Shown here one piece after another: positions 28,269 through 37,175 of a stretch of 64,000 nt of DNA. Numbering within the stretch: the stretch's first letter is position 1; every line of letters begins with the position of its first letter. The stretch is taken from contig JAYNIM010000003.1 of assembly GCA_038109055.1 (NCBI GenBank), forward strand, positions 84,873 through 148,872, read 5' to 3'. Source of the DNA: a bacterium (GTDB taxonomy: Bacteria > Margulisbacteria > Marinamargulisbacteria > GCA-2716485 > JAYNIM01). Below the pieces are notes generated by a model. The model was not told the DNA's origin. It was given only the letters and a program-made list of their open reading frames with translations, and ran no database searches. The translations under genes and the position numbers were made by a program.

Positions 28269-29569
28269 CCTTTGATGCATCACCCTATTTACATGCGTTA
28301 GATGGCCTAGAGCTAGTTCAGGTGATTGGTAAGGTTATCCAAGTGATCGGCTTGGTTGTAGAGGCCCAGGTTCAAGGGGTTGAAGTGGGTGAGCTTTGCC
28401 GTATTATGGTGACAGAGATTGATTTTGTGTTTGCAGAAGTGGTTGGCTTTAAAGAATCGCGAGTTTTATTAATGCCTTTGGGAGGGTTGACGGGAGTGAG
28501 GCCTGGTAACCGTATTTATGCGACAGGTCATCCATTATCTGTGGATGTGGGGCCAGGTTTGTTAGGACGGGTATTGGATGGTTTGGGGCAGCCGATGGAT
28601 GGTAAGGGGCCTATTGTTCCAGAAGCATCATATAAAATTGATAATGATCCGCCTAATGCAATTACACGGCCTCGCATTGAAAAAGTGTTGGAAACCGGTG
28701 TGAAGGCCATTGATGCTACATTGGCTTTGGGGAGGGGGCAACGTGTGGGAATTTTTGCGGGGTCAGGTGTTGGTAAAAGTACATTGATGGGGATGTTGGC
28801 TCGAAATTGTACTGCAGAAATTAATGTGATTGCGTTGATTGGTGAGCGGGGGCGGGAGGTTAAAGAGTTTATTGAGGACTCGTTGGGGGAAGAAGGGTTG
28901 AAAAAATCAGTCGTGATTTGTGCCACATCGGATCAGGCACCTGTTGTGCGCTTGAAAGGGGCAATGGTGGGGACTGCTGTTGCAGAGTACTTTAGAGATC
29001 AAGGAAAAGATGTATTGTTTATGATGGATTCGGTGACACGTTTTGCGATGGCTCAGCGTGAAATTGGATTAGCGACAGGAGAGCCGCCAACGACCAAAGG
29101 GTATACGCCATCTGTTTTTGCCATGTTACCACGTTTGATGGAGCGTGCTGGGACGTCTGATAAAGGGTCGATTACGGCTATTTATACGGTATTGGTTGAA
29201 GGGGGTGATATGGATGAGCCGATTGCAGATGCAGCACGGGGTATTTTGGATGGTCATTTTGTGTTGTCACGGGATTTGGCGGCTAAAAATCATTACCCTT
29301 GTTTGGATATTGGACATAGTATTAGTCGTTTGATGTCGAGTATTTGTGAAGATGGTCATAAGAGTACGGCGGGTCAGTTAAGAGAGGTGTTGGCTAGGTA
29401 TAAAGAGGCGGAAGATTTGATTAATATTGGGGCATATGTGCAGGGGAGTAATGAACAGATAGATTATGCTATTGAGAAAATTGATCAGGTCAATTCTTTG
29501 TTGAGGCAGGCGACGAATGAAAATGTGCCTTTTGCACAAACGGTGCAGGATTTGGGGCGTATTTTTTGA
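28265..29569 (+). CDS. fliI: Type III (flagellar-type) export ATPase, FliI/SctN family
   Basis: 434 aa. Walker A GSGVGKSTLMGM, LIGERGREV, Walker B region VLFMMDSVTRFAMAQREIGLATGEPP, VLVEGGDMDEPIAD. Confidence 0.85.
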   Translation: MTFDASPYLHALDGLELVQVIGKVIQVIGLVVEAQVQGVEVGELCRIMVTEIDFVFAEVVGFKESRVLLMPLGGLTGVRPGNRIYATGHPLSVDVGPGLLGRVLDGLGQPMDGKGPIVPEASYKIDNDPPNAITRPRIEKVLETGVKAIDATLALGRGQRVGIFAGSGVGKSTLMGMLARNCTAEINVIALIGERGREVKEFIEDSLGEEGLKKSVVICATSDQAPVVRLKGAMVGTAVAEYFRDQGKDVLFMMDSVTRFAMAQREIGLATGEPPTTKGYTPSVFAMLPRLMERAGTSDKGSITAIYTVLVEGGDMDEPIADAARGILDGHFVLSRDLAAKNHYPCLDIGHSISRLMSSICEDGHKSTAGQLREVLARYKEAEDLINIGAYVQGSNEQIDYAIEKIDQVNSLLRQATNENVPFAQTVQDLGRIF

Positions 29570-29583
29570 TTTAAGAGTTTGGT

Positions 29584-30072
29584 GTGAGTAAAGCGAAAAA
29601 AGCGCGGCGCTTTGAGTATCAAATGGAGGCCTTGTTAAAGGTTCGGGGTATTCGTAAAAAGCAGGAGCAGGATAAATTTGAGAAAAGTGAAGAAGCCTTG
29701 CGTGAAGAACAGAAGAAAGAGCAAGCATTAATTGATCAAGAAGAGGCAGCGTATGCAGATTTATTGCAAAAGATGGATTCGGATCGTTTTCCAGGGGTGC
29801 ATTTTATACAGCATCGTAAAGCGTATATTGAGGTGATGAAAGGGAAAATTGTTGAGCAGGCAAAAGTAAGAGTGGAAGCAGAAAAGGCTCGAGATGAGCA
29901 GCGAGAAAAGTTGATAACAGCGGTTAAAGAAGAGAAAGTAATTGAAAAAGATAAAGAAAATACTCGTGAAGCCTGGTATAAGTTGATGATGAAGGAGGAA
30001 GGGAAGTTTTTAGATGAAATTGCGGTGATAGGTTTTGAGCATAAAAAAAGAAAGGCTCAGGGATATGATTAG
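29584..30072 (+). CDS. fliJ: FliJ/SctO-like coiled-coil stalk protein
   Basis: 162 aa with a GTG start. It is all-helical and K/E-rich, lies directly after the ATPase, and has the C-terminal EEGKFLDEIAV typical of FliJ (..Eqk.lDE.a). Confidence 0.6.
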   Translation: MSKAKKARRFEYQMEALLKVRGIRKKQEQDKFEKSEEALREEQKKEQALIDQEEAAYADLLQKMDSDRFPGVHFIQHRKAYIEVMKGKIVEQAKVRVEAEKARDEQREKLITAVKEEKVIEKDKENTREAWYKLMMKEEGKFLDEIAVIGFEHKKRKAQGYD

Positions 30073-30566
30073 GTTTCTTGTTTGCCTCGGACCATAGATA
30101 ATTTACCACTTCGGACGATTTCGACGACGTTGTAGTCATTGAGGAGTGCAATAGCTGCGTCTAGTTTTTGGGTATTGCCCGTGAGTTGAAGGACTAGAGA
30201 TTCGTCGTTGAAATCAACGGTTTGACCTTTGAAATGTTCGGCTACTTGAAGAACTTCGTTACGTTTTTCTTTGCTTATATGAAGTTTAATGAGCGCTAAT
30301 TCGGCCACAATGGTGTTGCTGGTTTCATGTTCACTGGCATGGATGACGTCTATAAGTTTGTTGAGTTGTTTGATGATTTGTTCAAGTGTTTCTTGTGGGC
30401 CGGAGACGGTGAGGGTTAATCGTGAATAGTGACCATCTAGGGCGGGGCTAACGACTAATGAATCGATATTAAACGCACGACGAGAGAAGACGGTAGTGAT
30501 ACGGAGTAACACGCCTGGTTTATTGGTTACTTTGATACTAATGGTATGATTTTTTCGTTCGCTCAT
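30069..30566 (-). CDS. ilvH: Acetolactate synthase small (regulatory, ACT) subunit
   Basis: 165 aa. HTISIKVTNKPGVLLRITTVFSRRAFNIDSLVV. It directly follows ilvB with a 0-nt gap. Confidence 0.85.
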   Translation of the reverse strand: MSERKNHTISIKVTNKPGVLLRITTVFSRRAFNIDSLVVSPALDGHYSRLTLTVSGPQETLEQIIKQLNKLIDVIHASEHETSNTIVAELALIKLHISKEKRNEVLQVAEHFKGQTVDFNDESLVLQLTGNTQKLDAAIALLNDYNVVEIVRSGKLSMVRGKQET

Positions 30567-32318
30567 TTAGGTACTTCCTTTGGGTTTTTCTCGTTTACCT
30601 TTAGCGTCTAAAATCATGTCCTCGACGCTGCCACCGGCTGGGATCATTGGGAATACGTTGTCTTCTTTGACGACTTCGGCATGAATGATGCAGGGACCAT
30701 CATTGTATGCTAGTGCAGCTTTTAGGATTTTTTTGATTTCGGCGGGGCGTTTGATACGAAAGCCTTTGATTCCATAGGCTTTTCCAAGAGTTAAAAAATC
30801 AGGGTTGCCTTCGAGGTCTACCCCACTCAGACGGTTGTCGTAAAATAATCCTTGCCATTGGCGAACCATGCCGAGATATTTATTATCTATAATAAGGATT
30901 TTGATGGGAAGTTTGTGAATAGCAGCTGTAGCTAACTCACAACATGTCATTTGAAAGCCGCCATCTCCGACAATGGTGATGACCGGGCGGTCAGGTTGGC
31001 CAAATTGTGCCCCTATGGCGGATGGAAGTCCATAGCCCATGGTGCCTGCTCCCCCTGAGGATATCCAGGATTTTTCTTTGTGATTTTTATAAAATTGAGC
31101 GGCCCACATTTGGTGTTGGCCGACATCTGTGCTGACGATGGCTTGCCCATTGCTGAGTTTATAGCACTCATCGATGACCTGTTGGGCTTTGAGGCCCCCT
31201 TGAATCTTATAGGTTAAGGGAAATTTCTTTTTGTTTTTGTTAATTTCGTCAAGCCAAGGTTTTGTGGGTAATTTTTTGCAGTGCTTGATTAGTTCTGTTA
31301 GTACTTTTTTTGCATCACCTATTGTGTGTGCGTCAGGGGTGACGATTTTGTTGATTTCGGAGGGGTCTATATCGATATGTAGTTTTTTTGCGTTGGGACA
31401 GAATTTTTCTATTTTAAGTGGGGTAATTCGATCATCCCAACGGCAGCCAATAGAAAATATGAGGTCGCAATTACCGACGGCTTTGTTGGCATAGGCGGTG
31501 CCGTGCATGCCAAGCATTCCCAGTGCTAAAGCATGATTTTCTGGAAAGCAGCTTTTGCCTAAAAGCGTGGTGGTGACGGGGGCCTGTAAGGTTTCGGCTA
31601 ATGTGAAAAGTTCTTTTTCCGCATTGGCTAAGGTGACCCCTTGGCCAGCAAGTAATAGGGGTTTTTGGCTATTACTGAGGAGTGTGGCCATCTTTTTTAT
31701 TTCGTTTACATTAATGTCTGTGGGGGTCTTGTAGCCGGGGATATCCATCTTTTGGTCGAGTTTGGCGGTGAAGTCTTGATTGCCGGTGACGTCTTTAGGT
31801 AAGTCAATTAATACAGGGCCCTTTCTGCCACTGTTGGCGATGTGCATGCTTTCTTTTACTATGCGAGGTATTTCATTTGCATCTTTTACAAGATAGCTAT
31901 GTTTGACTACGGGGACGGTAATGCCGTAAACGTCTGCTTCTTGAAAGGCATCTTTCCCTAAATTGCTGGTAACAGTTTGGCCAGTTAGGACAAGTATAGG
32001 GGCGGAGTCCATCAGTGCAGTAAGAAGTCCTGTAACGGTATTGGTTGCGCCGGGCCCGCTTGTGACGAGTACAACACCTACCTTGCCAGTAGCTTTTGCG
32101 TAGCCATCGGCCATGTGGGTAGCGCCTTGTTCGTGTCGAGTTAGGACAAATTTAATGCTTGAATCTACGAGCGCGTCAAAAATAGGGATGGCTGCGCCGC
32201 CGGGATGACCAAACATGATTTCAACACCATGGTCTTCTAGGCATTTGATTAGGGCTTCTGCGCCATTTTTTGGGTTTTTTATGCCTTTCTTTTTTTCTGT
32301 TTGTATATTTTTGCTCAA
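30567..32318 (-). CDS. ilvB: Acetolactate synthase large subunit (ThDP-dependent)
   Basis: 583 aa with a TTG start. GAEALIKCLEDHGVEIMFGHPGGA, TSGPGATN, ThDP motif GDGGFQMTCCELATA...IIDN. Confidence 0.9.
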   Translation of the reverse strand: MSKNIQTEKKKGIKNPKNGAEALIKCLEDHGVEIMFGHPGGAAIPIFDALVDSSIKFVLTRHEQGATHMADGYAKATGKVGVVLVTSGPGATNTVTGLLTALMDSAPILVLTGQTVTSNLGKDAFQEADVYGITVPVVKHSYLVKDANEIPRIVKESMHIANSGRKGPVLIDLPKDVTGNQDFTAKLDQKMDIPGYKTPTDINVNEIKKMATLLSNSQKPLLLAGQGVTLANAEKELFTLAETLQAPVTTTLLGKSCFPENHALALGMLGMHGTAYANKAVGNCDLIFSIGCRWDDRITPLKIEKFCPNAKKLHIDIDPSEINKIVTPDAHTIGDAKKVLTELIKHCKKLPTKPWLDEINKNKKKFPLTYKIQGGLKAQQVIDECYKLSNGQAIVSTDVGQHQMWAAQFYKNHKEKSWISSGGAGTMGYGLPSAIGAQFGQPDRPVITIVGDGGFQMTCCELATAAIHKLPIKILIIDNKYLGMVRQWQGLFYDNRLSGVDLEGNPDFLTLGKAYGIKGFRIKRPAEIKKILKAALAYNDGPCIIHAEVVKEDNVFPMIPAGGSVEDMILDAKGKREKPKGST

Positions 32319-32358
32319 TTTTAGACTCTTTTATTTTTGTAGTTTACTAAGTTTAGAG

Positions 32359-32388
32359 ATTTTAAACCTGTTTTTAACTTTTTGTCAA
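32359..32388 (-). promoter_or_regulatory. Candidate sigma70 promoter for ilvBH
   Basis: On the - strand: TTGACA (32388-32383), 18-nt spacer, TAAAAT (32364-32359), about 40 nt upstream of the ilvB TTG start. Confidence 0.35.
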
Positions 32389-33035
32389 TGTTTTTTGTTG
32401 CTGTTATGTTCTTTTTAGATCCTTTTTGTGTTTTTTGTATATTTGCCTAGGGCCTGGTGGGGGCCTGGTTTTTTAAGTTATGGCTATAAAAAATCGTTAT
32501 AGTGTTGAATTTATATGTTTGAGTTTTATGAGGTCGTGAATATTCGCTTTGATCTGAGGAGCTATGGCTTTGTTGTATTCTTGATGTTTGAGTTCTCTTT
32601 GCTGATAATTTTTTGTTTTTTATTGTTCTTTTGGTTTATATTAAATTTTCTTTTCTTTTATTTTTAAATATTATTTTTTTTTGATTTATGTTATCTTTCT
32701 ATCATTCATCTTTTTTCGAATTTTTCACTTGTATGATCAATGAATATTTCGTTTTTTTCGTGTTTTATCATCCAGCAAGTTTTTGTTAATTTGGATCTTT
32801 TTTGGGGGAGTTTTTTTTTCTTTATTATGTATATGCTTATTCAATATGTTTTTTAAATTATTATTTATATATTAATAAATGGGTAATTTTTTGGTTTTTC
32901 TTTTGATTGGGTTATGGTCTCTTTTTGTTCCTGGGGTGCAGGGAGCTTTGTTTGGGGAGTCTTTGTTGAGTGTCTTTTGTAGAGGTGGATCTTTGATTAA
33001 ATTTTTTTATCTGTCTTATTTAGATGTTATTCGAA

Positions 33036-34493
33036 TTAGTTGCTTGGGTCCTCTACTGGGCTGACGGGTCTGCTAGATTCGGTGTCGGTATTTTTTTCCG
33101 GCGTTTTGACTAGTTGTAGAGCTATATATTTGGGTTGGTTCTTTGTTGGGCATAAGTCGTTTGAAGCTTCGTTAAATGCCTGTAGTAGTTGTTTAGCTGT
33201 GTTTGTAGGGGGAGTGGGGGGATTTATTTTTAGTCGTTCTATCCTTTCTGTTAACTTTTCCGTTGTTTCTTCTGTAACCTCAAGATCAAGGGGTTGTTTC
33301 AATGTAAGGAGTGTGAACATTCCCGCTTTGTTTGTCTCTAGATTCATACAGTACTTCCTGAAGGCTTCGGTGTCTGATTCTTCGTCTTCATTTTTTGCGG
33401 CTTTAATTTTTTGTAGTAAGTTGTTGAGTGGGGCGGGGGCTAGTTTTTGGATTTCTTCAAGTGTTTTTTTGAGTGGATGGGGTTGGAGTTTATTTGTTTG
33501 TGAATATACCATTATTTCTAATGTTTGTGTTTCTTCGTTTATGTTTGCTTTTAGGTAGACACTTCTGTCTCTGCCTGAGGATGCTTCGTTGTCGAGGCGT
33601 GCTTGAGAGGTGGGGATATTTTTGTCATATACGAGGCACACAGCTGTTTGGCTTAGTTCGGAGAGAGGGTTTGTTAGTATGGATATTAAGTCCTGTATGA
33701 GGGTTAGGAGGTGAGTTAAGGCTTGTTCTTCCGTTGATTGTTCTATCATTCGTGCCATTGCTTTTGACTGGGGTGTGTAGCTGTGATCTGCAGATAGGTT
33801 TAATTGTGGAGTGGCGGCGATTTCGTGTTTGTCTCCTAGTGTTTTTTGACCTCTTGTTTCGGTGTTGGAGGGTAGGTAGAATAGCCAGTCTTCAAGTTTT
33901 TGTTTCTCTGATTCTGTTAGGGTTTCTGCATTTTTATCAATTAGCGTGGTTATCAGCGAGTATGATTCTGCTAGCGCTGTTTGTGGGATTTTATGGTCTA
34001 GTCGTGGGGGTTGATTTTTTTTGGTTTCTAATTTTAGTTCAGATAGTCCCATTACTATTTTTCTGGTCATGTCGTCTTTAATTGTTGCCACTTGCGTAGC
34101 AATGGCTGTTTTTCTGTGGGTTGCTTTATTTTTTGGTATTATTGGGCTTGCGTGGATGCTGAGTTTGTGTATGGTTGATAGGGCTCTGTCTATTAGTTTT
34201 AGAAGTCCGTGGTGTGAATTTGTTTCAAGGTCTAGTTCTGGCCAGTGAATTGTGTTTAGGTGGGTATTTGTTTCTTCGATAAGTTGCTCTAGGGGTGTTC
34301 GGGCTCTGTCTGTATTTAGTGCGGCTGTTATATCTGAGAATGGGGTGCGTTTAGTGGGGGCGGGGGGTGTTTTTAGTGCGGTTGCGATTTTACCTTGGTT
34401 TGTGATGTTTGATAAGGGGGGGCGTGGTGGTGAAGTGTTTGGTGCTTCTTTTGTATATGTTTGGGTGCCTCGAGTTGTTTGTGCTAATGCCAT
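33036..34493 (-). CDS. Orphan 485-aa protein, T/P/N/Q-rich, no signal peptide or TM segment
   Basis: The only long uninterrupted frame in this interval. AAGGTG lies 6 nt before the ATG. The N-terminal ~60 aa are low-complexity (TTRGTQTYTKEAPNTSPPRPPLSNITNQ...), followed by helical E/K/L-rich segments. Confidence 0.6.
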   Translation of the reverse strand: MALAQTTRGTQTYTKEAPNTSPPRPPLSNITNQGKIATALKTPPAPTKRTPFSDITAALNTDRARTPLEQLIEETNTHLNTIHWPELDLETNSHHGLLKLIDRALSTIHKLSIHASPIIPKNKATHRKTAIATQVATIKDDMTRKIVMGLSELKLETKKNQPPRLDHKIPQTALAESYSLITTLIDKNAETLTESEKQKLEDWLFYLPSNTETRGQKTLGDKHEIAATPQLNLSADHSYTPQSKAMARMIEQSTEEQALTHLLTLIQDLISILTNPLSELSQTAVCLVYDKNIPTSQARLDNEASSGRDRSVYLKANINEETQTLEIMVYSQTNKLQPHPLKKTLEEIQKLAPAPLNNLLQKIKAAKNEDEESDTEAFRKYCMNLETNKAGMFTLLTLKQPLDLEVTEETTEKLTERIERLKINPPTPPTNTAKQLLQAFNEASNDLCPTKNQPKYIALQLVKTPEKNTDTESSRPVSPVEDPSN

Positions 34494-34661
34494 TTATTCA
34501 CCTTTTGGTTAGTTATTTTGGGTATATATATTTAATGGTATTTATTTTAATTTTTTTGTCAAATTACAAAAATTTAACTAATTTAAAATTTCTTATTTAT
34601 TTTATTTTTTAGCTTATATTAAGTGTTTTGTGCACAATAATTAGGTTTTTTTATTTGTTTT

Positions 34662-34677
34662 ATCTATTTAAATAGAT
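34662..34677. promoter_or_regulatory. Perfect 16-bp palindrome ATCTATTTAAATAGAT in a divergent promoter region
   Basis: Read directly; it is its own reverse complement. It lies between the divergent orphans 33036-34493 (-) and 34856-35809 (+). Confidence 0.3.
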
Positions 34678-34855
34678 GTTTTTATGTTTTTATTTTTATA
34701 TATATTTTTTTTATATATCAAAACTATGGTTATTTATATTATTACTCAAAATATTACTTTATTATTATCTTTTTATTGTTTTTTTTCTTATTTTTAAGGT
34801 CTTTTTTAGCTGAGACTTTCTTTTTATTTGTTTCTTTTTAGGGCATGATTAGAGT

Positions 34856-35809
34856 ATGAGAATTTCTCGTATTTCGGGTTATGACCTGCCGCCCTCTGTT
34901 TTTTCGATGGTGTCGACGCACCAATCGTCGTCTGTCTCTAAAACTGTGTCAGATACGAAAGCGTCGTCGCGATTTGATGATAAAGACTTGGGTGATTTTA
35001 CGGAAAGTGATCTGGCGGCCTTATGTTTGGATGGAGATGCGGATTCGTCACGAGACATGTGGATTAAATCAATGGAGGAGATGCCGAAGGCGGTGAATCC
35101 GGATCGTGAGTTTTTGACACTATTAGTTGAGGCTCAAGAGGTGTTGGCTTATTATGCTTTGTTGCCACGTTATGGATCAGTGAAGGTGCTATCGGCAAAA
35201 CAGTCGATTCAACATGTGTCGTTGCCAGAGGCGTTATTGTTGTTTGCCTTGCTTAATGATGAGGTGCCTGTGGGCTATAGCCGGTTTGTGTTGCGGCCTT
35301 TGGCTCAGGGTAAGTATAAGGATGTGGTTCGTGCAGTATTACATTTACAGCCTTTGGAAGGAAAACGACATAGGTGGCAGGTTGCTTTTCACGTGAAACG
35401 GCGTCAGGCGCTGATTAAGCAGGCGTCTAAACGATGTGGAACGTTTGAATATGAATTGCATGATGGTCGCCTTGAGAAAATATCGGGAACCTATAAAGGT
35501 TTGCGTTTTGTGTTGGATCCGGAATGGCATCAAGATGGGGTGCATTTTGAACGACTTAGTTTGGGCACCTTTCGTTCTGAATTGATTCGACATAAGCGAG
35601 GTAAATCTGCTTTGTTTCGACATGCGTCAGGCAAGTGCTTGAAGATGCAGGTCTTGTCGTTGTCATCGGGAAATGTGGATTCACGTACGTTTATGACAAA
35701 AAAAACATGGCGATTAGGGCATTATTTGGTGAAATTGAGGTTATTTTATTCTAAAAATATCTTGATGCCTTTGGCCTTGCATGCCTCTGTGGTGAATGCG
35801 GGGCATTAA
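34856..35809 (+). CDS. Orphan 317-aa protein with S-rich N-terminus and basic C-terminal half
   Basis: Long ORF with the G+T-rich sense composition typical of + strand genes here. The RBS is weak. I recognise no family. Confidence 0.55.
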   Translation: MRISRISGYDLPPSVFSMVSTHQSSSVSKTVSDTKASSRFDDKDLGDFTESDLAALCLDGDADSSRDMWIKSMEEMPKAVNPDREFLTLLVEAQEVLAYYALLPRYGSVKVLSAKQSIQHVSLPEALLLFALLNDEVPVGYSRFVLRPLAQGKYKDVVRAVLHLQPLEGKRHRWQVAFHVKRRQALIKQASKRCGTFEYELHDGRLEKISGTYKGLRFVLDPEWHQDGVHFERLSLGTFRSELIRHKRGKSALFRHASGKCLKMQVLSLSSGNVDSRTFMTKKTWRLGHYLVKLRLFYSKNILMPLALHASVVNAGH

Positions 35810-35824
35810 GTTGGTTTTTAGTGT

Positions 35825-37105
35825 TTATGTGGATCTTATTTTGACAGAATTTGCGTGGGCATCTAGTTTTTCTTGGGTGGCTAGAGTGATGATGTCTTGT
35901 CCGTTTTCTTTGATGTAATTTTTGTTGGCACTGAGTTCGTAGCGATATTTCATAAAATCTAAGACGCCTAACGGTGAGGCAAATCGTGCACAGCTATTGG
36001 TGGGGAGGACATGATTGGGTCCGGAGAAATAATCACCTAGTGCAACAGGACTATATGGTCCAAGAAATAGAGAAGCGCCATTTGTTAGTTTTTTGCTTAG
36101 TTTTTGTGCATGTTCACTGATTAAGACGACGTGTTCAGAAGCGATTTTATTCATGATGTCTATGGCTTTGTTGCTGTTTTCTTCGATGATATAGGCGCTT
36201 TGATTGAGGGCATTGGTGATGATGGGGTGACGTTTGCATGTTTTTAGTTGTTTTTTGAATTCTTGGCGACAAGTTGTGGCAATTTTTTCATTTGTTGTGA
36301 TCAGGATTGCAGAGGCGAGTGGGTCATGTTCCATTTGTGCGAGTAATTCGGCTGCTGCAAAATGGGCGTATTTGTTTGTGTCAATATATACTAGCACTTC
36401 TGAAGGTCCGGCCGGTTTATCGATGTCTACCTTGCCATAGACCATTTGTTTGGCGCTTGTTACATAGCGATTACCAGGCCCTGTAATTTTGTCAACTTGT
36501 GGGATACTTTCAGTACCATAGGCGGCCGCAAAAATGGCTTGGGCACCGCCAATTTTATAGATGTCTGTTATGCCGCAAAGATCTGCTGCGACTAAAATGC
36601 TGGGGGCTAAGCTTTTTTCTTGGTTTGGGGGACTTAAGATGATGGGGTGTTTGACACCTGCGATGATGGCGGGAATGGCATTCATGATGACCGAACTGGG
36701 ATATGGGTTTCGCCCTCCAGGGACATATAGGGCGACGCTATTTAATGGTAGATACCTGAGTGCGTAACTGAGATCTTTGCTGGGTGATGATTGCCAATTT
36801 TTTGGTAGTTGGGCGTGATGAAAATTTTTAATGTTTTCGATGGCATTTTTGAGGCTTGATAGATAGTTTTTAGAGACGTGGTTATAGGCATTTTGTATTT
36901 CGTTTGGAGTGACCTTGATATTAGTTATGTCTAAATCAATGTGATCGAATTTTTTTGTGTACGTGATTAGGGCCTTGTCTTTTTCTTCTCGGATGCTTTT
37001 TTTGATGTTGTTTAGGGTTTCATAGAGTTCCGGATCCGTATGTTGTTCTAAAAGAGCTTCTCTTTCTTTGATAAAACGTTCAAGATTGTTGATTTCTTTT
37101 AACAT
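35825..37105 (-). CDS. hisD: Histidinol dehydrogenase
   Basis: 426 aa. YVPGGRNPYPSSVIMNAIPA, GPGNRYVTSAK, EHDPLASAIL, NHVLPT. Confidence 0.9.
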   Translation of the reverse strand: MLKEINNLERFIKEREALLEQHTDPELYETLNNIKKSIREEKDKALITYTKKFDHIDLDITNIKVTPNEIQNAYNHVSKNYLSSLKNAIENIKNFHHAQLPKNWQSSPSKDLSYALRYLPLNSVALYVPGGRNPYPSSVIMNAIPAIIAGVKHPIILSPPNQEKSLAPSILVAADLCGITDIYKIGGAQAIFAAAYGTESIPQVDKITGPGNRYVTSAKQMVYGKVDIDKPAGPSEVLVYIDTNKYAHFAAAELLAQMEHDPLASAILITTNEKIATTCRQEFKKQLKTCKRHPIITNALNQSAYIIEENSNKAIDIMNKIASEHVVLISEHAQKLSKKLTNGASLFLGPYSPVALGDYFSGPNHVLPTNSCARFASPLGVLDFMKYRYELSANKNYIKENGQDIITLATQEKLDAHANSVKIRST

Positions 37106-37175
37106 AGTGTTAGCCTAACAAGTTCTTTTTGCTTGGTAAAGAATGGTTTTTGATTCTATATATGGGAACAAGGTA

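Noticed and set aside
32445-32475. GGCCTGGT...GGCCTGGTTTTTT as a terminator upstream of ilvB.
   Set aside because: The two GC-rich elements are direct repeats, not inverted, so no stem can form.
33040-34612. Chain of + strand ORFs (172, 75, 115, 75, 86 and 67 aa) opposite the 485-aa orphan.
   Set aside because: They are fragmented across frames and rich in F/L/V/C/S, as expected from reading the G+T-rich strand. The - strand frame is a single 1458-nt ORF with an RBS. The choice of strand still rests on ORF length only.
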